The notes below the pieces were generated by a model that searched no databases, was not told the origin of the DNA, and saw only the letters and a program-made list of their open reading frames with translations. A stretch of 64,000 nt of DNA from Candidatus Zixiibacteriota bacterium (GTDB taxonomy: Bacteria; Zixibacteria; MSB-5A5; GN15; JAAZOE01). Both the position numbers and the translations under genes were made by a program. Position 1 is the first letter of the stretch. Each line of letters opens with the position of its first letter. Of this stretch, positions 29,205 to 37,797 are shown one piece after another. The DNA lies in NCBI GenBank assembly GCA_023138975.1, contig JAGLON010000018.1:160381-224380 (forward strand), written 5' to 3'.

Positions 29205-29902
29205 GGGAGGATGCCCCCCCTTTTTTAGGCTATTTAGAAAATCTTACGAGTTATAACGAGTTAGATTATCTTAATCCCGCGTTTTAATGCGGGAACGCGT
29301 AGATGACCTGGGTTTTATAATCATGAGTTTGCTTTTATACGGCACAGCTTCGCCTGCCTGAAGATATAAACTTTTTTTCTGACAGGGATACTCCCTTTTC
29401 AGGCAAAGCCTACTACTAAAAAGATGATTTTATAATTAACCACCCCCCATCCCCCTCCTTAGTAAGGAGGGGGGTTTCGACATTGTTCTGCCATTGTAAC
29501 TGGTCATATCCCGGCAGATGTAGATATCCCGCAACGCAGGACAATAGCCTGCCAGGCACAAAACTCCATTATGAAATTCGGTAGGTCAAGACCCCTGCGG
29601 TCTTGACAGTCGGTAGGGCAAGTTCACCCCCTACATGGGCACAATAGCCCTTAGGAACCTGCCATTGCCAACCAAAGGTTGGCAACCTAGATTCCCGCCT
29701 GCCATCAGAGGATAACTTTGTTTTTATGGTCAATCCTCTTCGTAGGGGCTGACTATGTCAGCCCGAAAAGACTTTGGCTGTGATTCCATCCGGGTCGACA
29801 GAGTCGCCCCCTACAGGGAAAATAGAATCCACTTTTTATAGAAAATGTTCAGACCATTTTTCGCCACCAATGGGTGCGGTACAAACTGCTCTAACCTACT
29901 CT
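29205..29902. repeat. hairpin-module mosaic B (REP/BIME-like)
   Basis: Modules at 29233-29294, 29346-29362, 29438-29475, 29520-29549, 29581-29607, 29637-29668, 29742-29814 and 29857-29885, all with copies in other gaps. Confidence 0.85.
29742..29814 (+). repeat. 73-bp REPIN-like inverted doublet (copy 1)
   Basis: GTAGGGGCTGAC-tat-GTCAGCCC ... GGGTCGAC-aga-GTCGCCCCCTAC. The reverse complement of 46035-46107 aligns end to end. Confidence 0.8.
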
Positions 29903-31945
29903 TTACTTCATTGATTTTAACGCTTTTTCGATATTATCTTTTTGAGGACTGTCGGGTACTTGCTCAAGATAGTAAGTCAAATATTTCTCTGCCTTTTTGC
30001 CATCTTTAACATAATAAGCACTGTACCCTGCTAATACATAGTTCTCTAGTCTTTCTGGAAGCACAGATGTCATTTTTTCATAATACACCAACGCCGAATC
30101 ATATTTCTGTAATGTGAAATATGCTGTTGCCATTGCTTCTGTCACTCGGTGATACTCAGGATCAATCTTCAGAGCCTTGTTATAATACTGAAACATTCTA
30201 TAATAATCTTTTATCTTAAAATATAGAACGCCCAAATTTGCATGATTTATTGAACTGTAAGGTTCAAATTCCAGTGCAAGTTTAAGATCAGATTCAGACT
30301 TTTTTAACTGGCCTAAATTTAAATAGGTTACTCCTCGTAGAGCATAAGATCCCGCTTTGTAGGGTTCGATGTTAACAAGCTTATGAGCCAATGGCAGCGC
30401 TTCAGCATACTTTCCCGCAGTATTCAGCCCTTCGGCCTGTCGCAGATAGGTTATTTCTGGAAAAATCTGGCGCGTATGCATTTGAGTACTATTTGCCTGA
30501 GCAGAATCGCCCAAATTTAAATAGTAGTCCTGTAAAACCACATACCCGGTTTTGCTTTTTGGCGTATCAAGTTTCAATAAGTATGTGTAGTAATCTATGG
30601 AAGGTTTAGTCTGCAAATTAACAAAAAAGTATGGTAGTATTAAGAGAAATGACAGAATCGTAATGGCCGGAATAAACTGCTTATGGCGTGTATTACCAAA
30701 ATTCATTGAGGCCAACAAAAGAAGCAACAGCGCAAAACCGCATAGAGAAAACAAGTCCCAATCTCGTCCCATACCAATTCGGGGGTCGAGGATCAATATC
30801 AAACCTAAACCTCCGATAAAAAATACCCATAGGAAATTGCGGGCTGGAGATTTGCCGTTGGCTTTTCGATTTTTTATAGCAAAGTAGAGTAATATTGGCC
30901 ATAGAGGAACCAAGAGGCTGAATTCATTGATAATATCAAGCATATGCGAAATAGAAATCAGTGCATACTCCGTCGCAGGAGCCCGCCCTGAGAATAATGG
31001 CAGAAAATGAACTTCGAATCCGGGCGACGTAAAGTATTTGTAGAAGAATAAGACGGCACCCCCGGCAATTAAAACAGATGCCCCGATCAGGAAGATAGTT
31101 TTGTATTTCTCGAAGAGTTTTCTACCTGGATTAATCGCAATTAATAATACTGGCATTGAGATAAGGAAAAACAGGCTTTGCAGATGCATCACAATAGCAA
31201 GCAAGGCTAACAATACCGGCCAAATAATTCCGCAGTTCTTGTTTATATACTTCAGTGAAAAATAAACATAACCGGATATTGATGCCCACAGAAGCGGATA
31301 ATTTTCAGCATACCCCATAAACAGGAGCATCCACCCGCTGAAAATTGAAAGCGCAAGAATAAATAGTCGATTGATATTCTCCTGAGTTATCTCAAAAGCT
31401 ATCCCGCACAGGAAGAAAACAGTAACGCCTCCGGATAAGACAGAGACTACAGCAAAGGCGGTTTCGCCTCCCTCTTTGCCGGCAACCGGTAATATTGAAT
31501 AGACAAGTTTGACAACAGCAATCGATCCGATTTCCGTCCACTTATACATGACCGGGTTATCGCTCCCGATGTGACCGATAACAGTATATCCGTCTCCCAG
31601 AAAATGAGTCGGCATCTTAAGGATCCAGAAAAGAATCATAAGGACTACTGAAAAAAGCATCCACTTGATCTGTTTCTTACCGGAAAATAGAAATCCGAGA
31701 GATTCAAAAAGTTGAAGAACCGCCTTGTTAAAACTCTTAATTAGAAACAGAAACAAAAGAAGAAAACAGCAGAGATAAGGAATCAGGGTAGCATCCGGTA
31801 AAAACTGCAGATGATTAAATCCCCAAATACGACCTTCTGGAAGAACCAGGTGAATGAAACGTACGAGAACCAGCATCAATCCCAATGCAGTGACTATGAT
31901 TGGGTTGATTGTGTAGTTTTGATCATTGTAAGAATTGCTTTTCAT
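29903..31945 (-). CDS. multi-pass membrane protein with C-terminal TPR repeats (GT-C-like architecture; family not recognised)
   Basis: 680 aa, about 12 TM helices, then TPR-like repeats (AEALPLAHKLVNIEPYKAGSYALRGVTYLNLGQLKKSESDLKLALEFEP...). Confidence 0.7.
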   Translation of the reverse strand: MKSNSYNDQNYTINPIIVTALGLMLVLVRFIHLVLPEGRIWGFNHLQFLPDATLIPYLCCFLLLFLFLIKSFNKAVLQLFESLGFLFSGKKQIKWMLFSVVLMILFWILKMPTHFLGDGYTVIGHIGSDNPVMYKWTEIGSIAVVKLVYSILPVAGKEGGETAFAVVSVLSGGVTVFFLCGIAFEITQENINRLFILALSIFSGWMLLFMGYAENYPLLWASISGYVYFSLKYINKNCGIIWPVLLALLAIVMHLQSLFFLISMPVLLIAINPGRKLFEKYKTIFLIGASVLIAGGAVLFFYKYFTSPGFEVHFLPLFSGRAPATEYALISISHMLDIINEFSLLVPLWPILLYFAIKNRKANGKSPARNFLWVFFIGGLGLILILDPRIGMGRDWDLFSLCGFALLLLLLASMNFGNTRHKQFIPAITILSFLLILPYFFVNLQTKPSIDYYTYLLKLDTPKSKTGYVVLQDYYLNLGDSAQANSTQMHTRQIFPEITYLRQAEGLNTAGKYAEALPLAHKLVNIEPYKAGSYALRGVTYLNLGQLKKSESDLKLALEFEPYSSINHANLGVLYFKIKDYYRMFQYYNKALKIDPEYHRVTEAMATAYFTLQKYDSALVYYEKMTSVLPERLENYVLAGYSAYYVKDGKKAEKYLTYYLEQVPDSPQKDNIEKALKSMK

Positions 31946-32039
31946 TGACTAGTCCGTGTTTTTTGACTTATTCAAGCTATAATATAAGTCAAAATAATGG
32001 CTTTGGATATCAAGTTATCTATTTTTTCTATTGGCTCAA

Positions 32040-32640
32040 TAATAAAGAGAAGGTCAAGACCTACCCACTGCGTGGGTACTATAGCCTGTGATCCTGACAT
32101 TGCCAACTGTTTTTCAAACGGGTCATTTCACCGCGCAAAATGCAACATCGTCCCCTCTATGAGAGGGGTGCCCGACAGGGCGGGGTGTGTTAATGCAATC
32201 TCATCCAATTCGCGCTCTGCGCGAAACGGCTTCGCCTGCCTGAAATTCTTCTACCCGGTATCCCACGGCTTCAGCCGTGGGTTTTTCCTTATTGATAGCA
32301 AGTCGACTAATTTCGCACCCAATGGGTGCGGTACACTGTAGCCACAAATCATCTACTAATAACATACACACATTTTCGCCACAACTTCGTTGGTGATTTC
32401 GAATTGCTCATCTTTTTATAGATATCCTTATATGTTATAGCGGAGAGACCATTATGCTCGCCTGTAAAAACCAAATCAAATTCAATCGCCAAAACGACCA
32501 ACTTTCAATCTTGCTTATTTCTGGCAATTTACACAAAGCCGAAAACAAAAAAACTTTAAAAAATGAGCAAGCAAACCCAATTCCTCGTAACGCCCTGTAT
32601 GGTAATCAGTAACGAGACTTTTTAAGGAAATAGGTCTCAA
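32040..32640. repeat. hairpin-module mosaic C (REP/BIME-like)
   Basis: Modules at 32052-32105, 32144-32192, 32228-32244, 32262-32281, 32311-32338, 32548-32569 and 32610-32628, with copies in other gaps. Confidence 0.85.
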
Positions 32641-32708
32641 AAAATATACGTTAATATGAAAAACAAAGCCATTTTCCGGATGAAAAACGCGAAGTACTCG
32701 TCGTAGAC

Positions 32709-32994
32709 GAGTGTCTCCCCTGCGAAAGCAGGGGTCCATGCCGAGATTGACTTTGCTTGGGCATGGATTCCCGTTTTCACGGGAATGACAAAATGATAAT
32801 TTGAGTATTAGAGTGTCTCCCCTGCGAAAGCAGGGGTCCATGCGGAGATTGACTTTGCTTGGGCATGGATTCCCGTTTGCACGGGAATGACAAAATGATA
32901 ATTTGAGTATTAGAGTGCCTCCCCTGCGAAAGCAGGGGTCCATGCGGAGATTGACTTTGCTTGGGCATGGATTCCCGTTTTCACGGGAATGACA
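32709..32994. repeat. tandem repeat, 102-bp unit x 2.8, each unit carrying three hairpins
   Basis: Units start at 32711, 32813 and 32915 with only about 3 substitutions in total. Hairpins cccctgc-gaaa-gcagggg, ccatgc..gcatgg and attcccg-ttttca-cgggaat. Confidence 0.9.
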
Positions 32995-33109
32995 TATCTG
33001 AAATTGGCTCAAATAATAAAACTTATTAGGATAATGCCAAACTTTTCAAATCTACTTTCCAATCTGACTTGACAATGGTTTTGCCACCATTTTGCCTGTT
33101 TTTGATTCC

Positions 33110-33124
33110 GGCACAGGCTTTGCA
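33110..33124 (+). promoter_or_regulatory. sigma-54 (-24/-12) promoter of the cohesin/T9SS gene
   Basis: cGGCAC-aggct-TTGCA with the GG-to-GC offset of 12 nt, 95 nt upstream of the ATG at 33219. An AT-rich tract lies between it and the tandem repeat. Confidence 0.6.
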
Positions 33125-33218
33125 ATATATACACTTCAGAATATGAAGAACTTATTGAACGACATACTATTGAGAGAATATATCGTATAATGATAGAGGA
33201 GTAGAAAGGACCGACATC

Positions 33219-34064
33219 ATGAAACATATGCTAAAGCATTTCACAGTGGCTGCAATAGTTTTCGCACTTTGCACAATTGCCGCACCGGTTTTCGCTGTTG
33301 ATATATCGGTTGGGTCTGCGACAGGCGCTCCGGGAGATCAAGTTGTTGTTCCCGTTTACCTTAACAACAATGACGTCAGGATTGCGTCTCTTACCGTACC
33401 GCTTCAGTTCTCCAATACCTACCTTAATATCGATTCGGTATCTTACGCAGGAACACTCATAAAGCCGAATATGTCTCCCCTGACCCATATCGATAACCCG
33501 GGGCAGTTTTTACGGATCACTTATATTCCCAGCGCCGGTCTACCACTGATTGAGGATTCTCAGGGACTGCTGGCCAATATTTACTTCACGATCTCTCCAT
33601 CGTCCCCGGATCATATTATTTACGTGGACTCGGTAAATAGTTTGACAACCATACAGAGCCTTGATATATGGGTGCGTATGGAAATTAGCGATTCTCTGGG
33701 AGAGAGCTTGGTCTTTCCTGACTTCTCAGCCGGGACAGTCGAAGTCAGAAATCCTCTTGATGCCGATGATGATGAATTTGGTTTGCCTAATGTACTGGCC
33801 TTGAACCAGAATTATCCTAACCCGTTCAACCCGACAACGACAATCAAGTTGGCCGTTCCTGTTGCCTCCGATTATTCATTGGAGATTTACAACATTGCCG
33901 GTCAGAAGATTCGTTCCTTCAGTGGCTTTGCCAATGCTGGAAACGTTGAAATCGTGTGGGATGGTAAGGACAATTCCGGCAGCACGGTTGCTACAGGTGT
34001 CTATTTCTACAAGGTTATAGCTGGAGAATTCTCCGCTACCAAGAGAATGGTCATGCTGAAGTAA
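33219..34064 (+). CDS. secreted cohesin-domain protein with a T9SS type-A C-terminal sorting domain
   Basis: Signal peptide. Cohesin-like ISVGSATGAPGDQVVVPVYLNNNDVRIASLTVPLQFSNTYLNIDSV. C-terminus LNQNYPNPFNPTTTIKLAVP...GVYFYKVIAGEFSATKRMVMLK (Por_Secre_tail pattern). Confidence 0.8.
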   Translation: MKHMLKHFTVAAIVFALCTIAAPVFAVDISVGSATGAPGDQVVVPVYLNNNDVRIASLTVPLQFSNTYLNIDSVSYAGTLIKPNMSPLTHIDNPGQFLRITYIPSAGLPLIEDSQGLLANIYFTISPSSPDHIIYVDSVNSLTTIQSLDIWVRMEISDSLGESLVFPDFSAGTVEVRNPLDADDDEFGLPNVLALNQNYPNPFNPTTTIKLAVPVASDYSLEIYNIAGQKIRSFSGFANAGNVEIVWDGKDNSGSTVATGVYFYKVIAGEFSATKRMVMLK

Positions 34065-34097
34065 TCAAGCTTTGTCTGAAATCACAGCTTGTTTCGT

Positions 34098-34132
34098 ACC
34101 CTCGTGCCTCTTCGGCACGGGGGTATTTTTTT
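34098..34132 (+). terminator. rho-independent terminator after the cohesin gene
   Basis: ccctcgtgcc-tctt-cggcacggggg followed by TATTTTTTT. Confidence 0.8.
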
Positions 34133-34187
34133 GTCTGCGCCGTATCCGTAATTGACTTAGCCTCTTCATTTCCGTACTATTTTATCG

Positions 34188-34613
34188 ATGGAAAATAAAC
34201 GATATTTAGGGATTGACTATGGCACCCGGAGAGTCGGCGTGGCCGTGTCGGATCCGATGGGAGTGATTGCCAGACCGCTCGATACGCTCATAATAGACTC
34301 AATGGGTCAGGCCGTCGAAAAAATAGGCGATTTGATTGTCGAGTATGAGCCGGTTGGAGTAGTTGTTGGAAATCCTATTTCTATGTCCGGGGACGAGTCG
34401 GAATTGTCGCTTTTGGTTGATGAGTTTGTGGAGCTTCTAAAAGATACAACCGATGTACCGGTGACTTATGAAGATGAGCGGTTAAGCTCGGTACAAGCGA
34501 AACAAGTACTGCATTCGCACGGTAAAAAGATAAAAGGGAATAAAGAAATAATTGATCGTATCGCCGCCGCGATTGTTCTTCAGTCATTCCTTGACCGGAA
34601 TAGTGGTGTGTGA
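34188..34613 (+). CDS. ruvX: Holliday-junction resolvase-like / pre-16S rRNA nuclease YqgF
   Basis: YLGIDYGTRRVGVAVSD N-terminus; 141 aa. Confidence 0.9.
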   Translation: MENKRYLGIDYGTRRVGVAVSDPMGVIARPLDTLIIDSMGQAVEKIGDLIVEYEPVGVVVGNPISMSGDESELSLLVDEFVELLKDTTDVPVTYEDERLSSVQAKQVLHSHGKKIKGNKEIIDRIAAAIVLQSFLDRNSGV

Positions 34614-34635
34614 CAAGAATAAAATTGCCGATATA

Positions 34636-34800
34636 ATGACTAAAGCTAACAAAAATAATGATGTGCCGCTGCCAGCCAGATTCAGAAAAACCGTCTGGGT
34701 GAAAATTCATTACCGGTTCTGGACACTGTTTATTCTTATGCTGAGTCCGGTCGCGAAACTTTTTGGAATATTAGAGTCGAGTATTAAACAGGATGAGTAA
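34636..34800 (+). CDS. possible 54-aa single-TM protein translationally coupled to mltG
   Basis: ATG at 34636 in the frame of ORF 34552..34800. Hydrophobic FWTLFILMLSPVAKLFGIL. ATGAGTAA stop/start overlap with mltG. No clear RBS. Confidence 0.3.
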   Translation: MTKANKNNDVPLPARFRKTVWVKIHYRFWTLFILMLSPVAKLFGILESSIKQDE

Positions 34801-35779
34801 AGTAAAAAAATATATAATGCTGTTCACGCTCCTGCTGGTAGTTGGAATTATTTCCGGTTGCTGGTGGCTTTTTGCGCGACATGATATATACCCGGCTTCG
34901 ATTATGGTCGAGCATGGAGATCCGTTTTATAAGGTCGTTGTCAAACTCGATGACCGGGAGATTGTCTCAACGCCGTGGATATTTTCCAAAGTTGGGATTC
35001 TCATCGGTATCGATAAGAAAATCATTCCAGGCCGTTATGATTTCAATACTCGCACATCGAACTATAACGTCTTCCGAAAACTATGGAAAGGCGATATCGC
35101 TGTTTTATCGATAACAATACCGGAAGGATATAATCTTAAGAAGATCTCCAAATTGCTTCATCAAAAATGCGGGGTTAACCGTCAACGTTACGATTCTCTG
35201 GTTCGGGATTCTCAATACCTGTTGACCCTGGGCATTGACGCAGGGTTTGCGGAAGGATTTCTGTTCCCTGAAACATATCGTTTCGCCTGGGGAGTCACCG
35301 CCGCCGAAGCGATTGAGGCGATGTCGCATCAGTTGTTTTCCCGCATCGACGAACCGATCCGGAGACGGGCCGGGGAGATGGGGTATACTATCAACGACAT
35401 GCTGAATATGGCCTCGATTATCGAGCTTGAGGGATGTATGCCGGACGAGTATCCGACGATTGCGTCAGTTTATCGCAACCGCTACGACATCGGAATGCGG
35501 CTGCAGGCTGACCCGACTGTGATTTATGCGATGGGAGGTCTCGACCGAAAGCTGATGGTCAAAGATTATAGTTTCCCGTCAACCTATAATACATATCTGC
35601 ACAAAGGGTTGCCGCCGACACCAATATGCTCACCCGGAATGGACGCGATCATGGCGACGCTTTATCCTGCCTCAACCGAGTATTTATATTTTGTGGCCGA
35701 CGGCCGCGGTCGTCATGTTTTCAATAAAACCCACAAAGAGCATCGCAAGGATGTTTACCGTATCAAACGGGGGGGGTAA
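34793..35779 (+). CDS. mltG: endolytic murein transglycosylase MltG (YceG-like)
   Basis: N-terminal TM, ASIIELEG, VYRNRYDIGMRLQADPTVIYA, YNTYLHKGLPPTPICSPG. Confidence 0.9.
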   Translation: MSKVKKYIMLFTLLLVVGIISGCWWLFARHDIYPASIMVEHGDPFYKVVVKLDDREIVSTPWIFSKVGILIGIDKKIIPGRYDFNTRTSNYNVFRKLWKGDIAVLSITIPEGYNLKKISKLLHQKCGVNRQRYDSLVRDSQYLLTLGIDAGFAEGFLFPETYRFAWGVTAAEAIEAMSHQLFSRIDEPIRRRAGEMGYTINDMLNMASIIELEGCMPDEYPTIASVYRNRYDIGMRLQADPTVIYAMGGLDRKLMVKDYSFPSTYNTYLHKGLPPTPICSPGMDAIMATLYPASTEYLYFVADGRGRHVFNKTHKEHRKDVYRIKRGG

Positions 35780-35798
35780 CACGCGGAAGCGTGTTTTC
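35778..35798 (+). terminator. terminator-like hairpin at the mltG stop
   Basis: aacacgc-ggaa-gcgtgtt followed by ttc. Short T-run. Confidence 0.5.
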
Positions 35799-35819
35799 AA
35801 CTACTACATTCTAAGCACC

Positions 35820-36045
35820 GTCATACCCGTGAAAACGGGTATCCAGAGCGGAGTTCGGTCAATCTCACTACTGGATTCCCGACTCGTCCCGTTTTACGGA
35901 ACTCTCGGGAATGACAGGGAGATGGCAACCGCTGGCTAGCAATGGCAGGATAGTTACCCACTGCGTGGGCACTATAGCTCGTGATCCTGACATTCGTGCG
36001 AAGCACGATAAGTACTCGTAAAGGTGACAGGCTATAATACCCACA
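35820..36045. repeat. hairpin-module mosaic D
   Basis: 35823-35842, 35871-35918, 35955-35994 and 36030-36042 have copies elsewhere. Confidence 0.8.
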
Positions 36046-36111
36046 TAGTGAGCGAACTCTCCTACTACTAAATTCAATTGACATAATGCCGGCGACGAGC
36101 TAATTTCATGC

Positions 36112-37368
36112 ATGAATATTATCAGACCATTTATCGTAATCATCATTATTCTAACCATCATTTCATGCGCCAATGATGACAGCCGGCAAGAGACTTTCAA
36201 TACTGTATGGCAAACTGTAAATGAAACATTTCCTGACAGCGCCTTCGGCGGTAAAAACTGGGAGAGCATCAAGAGTACTTATGAGCAGAACCTGAGTGGC
36301 ATTACTTCCGATTCCGAAATATGCAGTCTCATCAATAAGATGCTGTTTGAACTCAATGTCTCGCACACCTTCATCGGGCCAATATCAGAAATTCAGCAAA
36401 AAGCGTCTCCCTATATGTTCCAACCGGGAAGCCCGGGATTTGATATACGCATTCTTGATGATGAAGTTATTGTAACCCGGATAGATAATCCTCAGGTTGA
36501 GAAATCCGGACTTCAACCGGGATGTGAGCTTGTTTCAATAGACGGTTATCCCGTCGAGGAAATAATATCAGAGGCATCACTGATGCCTCCCTACAATAAC
36601 CGTTATAAGCATTTTCTGCAAACCGAGGAAGTTCTGAGGCATCTATATGGGCAACCCGAATCGACATTCCAAATCGAATACGAGGACGTTAATGGGAGCG
36701 TTCAATCTCAAAAAATCATTCGCATTGCGCGCGAGAATTCTATCGTACTCGCCCCCGAAATTCCTCCGATATATCTTGAGTGTGAGTGGAGAAAACTGGA
36801 GAATGAGGTTGGGTACTTGCGTTTTAACGCTTTTCAACCGGAGAATCCCACAGAGGTTCTCGCCGCTCTGGATTCGTTATCCGATTCAAAAGGGTTGATT
36901 CTTGATCTCCGGGGAAATAATGGCGGTTCAACATCCGCCCAGCAAGCTATCGGCGGAAGGTTTTTTGCAGATACAGTTGCGGCGGCTATCATTGGTACCC
37001 GGCACAATGATGATACGCTTTATTATTATGGAAGCCATGATACATTGACGGGACCGGTTGTGATACTCGTTGACGAAGTTAGTATTTCGGCGGCTGAGAT
37101 GTTTCCGGCGGCCATGCAGTCTCTTAACCGGGCAACAATTATTGGCGCGCAAACGCCCGGCGCCGTCATGGGCGGGGATTTAATATTTCTAAATGATAGT
37201 TTGTGTTTGGTTCATCCAATCTTTTCCGTTAAAACAGTTCAAGGGATAATGCTTGAAGGTCAGGGAGTAATCCCTGATATTGAAATCGCATTGAACAAAG
37301 AATTATTATCAAAAGGAATTGACACCCAGCTTGAAGCAGCCAAAGATTATTTGAAAGATAAAATGTAA
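36112..37368 (+). CDS. S41-family (tail-specific/C-terminal processing) peptidase lipoprotein with PDZ-like domain
   Basis: MNIIRPFIVIIIILTIISCAND lipobox. DLRGNNGGS and VDEVSISAAEMF (Ser nucleophile context). Confidence 0.8.
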   Translation: MNIIRPFIVIIIILTIISCANDDSRQETFNTVWQTVNETFPDSAFGGKNWESIKSTYEQNLSGITSDSEICSLINKMLFELNVSHTFIGPISEIQQKASPYMFQPGSPGFDIRILDDEVIVTRIDNPQVEKSGLQPGCELVSIDGYPVEEIISEASLMPPYNNRYKHFLQTEEVLRHLYGQPESTFQIEYEDVNGSVQSQKIIRIARENSIVLAPEIPPIYLECEWRKLENEVGYLRFNAFQPENPTEVLAALDSLSDSKGLILDLRGNNGGSTSAQQAIGGRFFADTVAAAIIGTRHNDDTLYYYGSHDTLTGPVVILVDEVSISAAEMFPAAMQSLNRATIIGAQTPGAVMGGDLIFLNDSLCLVHPIFSVKTVQGIMLEGQGVIPDIEIALNKELLSKGIDTQLEAAKDYLKDKM

Positions 37369-37439
37369 TGTTGGTTTTAGTCTCTTTGATTTATGCTTCT
37401 TGGTCTGCCACCATGCGATTGAACAATTATAAATCGTTA

Positions 37440-37790
37440 TGCTAACCACCCCCATCCCCCTCCTTGGTAAGGAGGGGGCGAAGGGGAGGTCTTCCTGTCC
37501 TAAACAAAAAAGTCTCGTTACTTCTTATCACACAGAGCGTTATAGCGAATTGGCTTCACTCGTCTTTGACGAGTACCCTGTGCTTGCTCACTTTTAAGGT
37601 TTTTATTTTTTGAATTAAGATTTAGCGGTTCAGAGGATAGATCTCGTCTCTGTGAGATTGCTGTTTTCATCAGTTTCCCTTTTTGATGGTGTTTACTAAA
37701 GAATCTATCTTCGGGATTTGAATCGAATTGGTAGTGAAAGTGTTGCTGTTACCGATGAGGACATCCCGCATAGCAGGACTATAGTCTGCC
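37440..37790. repeat. hairpin-module mosaic E
   Basis: 37444-37490, 37505-37610 (about 75% identical to the reverse complement of 32545-32630) and 37757-37786. Confidence 0.8.
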
Positions 37791-37797
37791 GGCCACA

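Noticed and set aside
31997-32341. ORFs lying inside mosaics or across the tRNA (31997..32341, 23320..23637, 23081..23263, 35821..36084, 35868..36272, 39931..40350, 26044..26278)
   Set aside because: They are composed of repeat-module sequence or overlap the tRNA-Leu gene and its terminator. They have no RBS and show no protein-like motifs.
32709-32994. Possible CRISPR array
   Set aside because: The whole 102-bp unit repeats with no unique spacers between repeats, and there are no cas genes in the window.
32515-33012. 165-aa ORF (and the nested 63-aa ORF 32777..32968) reading through the 102-bp tandem repeat; the period is a multiple of 3
   Set aside because: The peptide (CHSRENGNPCPSKVNLRMDPCFRRGDT repeats) is the translation of GC-rich palindromes. 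There is no RBS, the same hairpin modules occur on both strands in other gaps, and the 3-prime part runs through further repeat modules. Treated as non-coding, though proteomics could overturn this.
35769-35776. G8 homopolymer at the end of mltG (and the G7 run after the pyrG stop at 45896-45902) as slippage sites
   Set aside because: The G8 run covers only the last three codons (RGG-stop), so a frameshift would barely change the protein. The G-runs are better explained as one arm of the G-run/C-run border hairpins of the mosaics.
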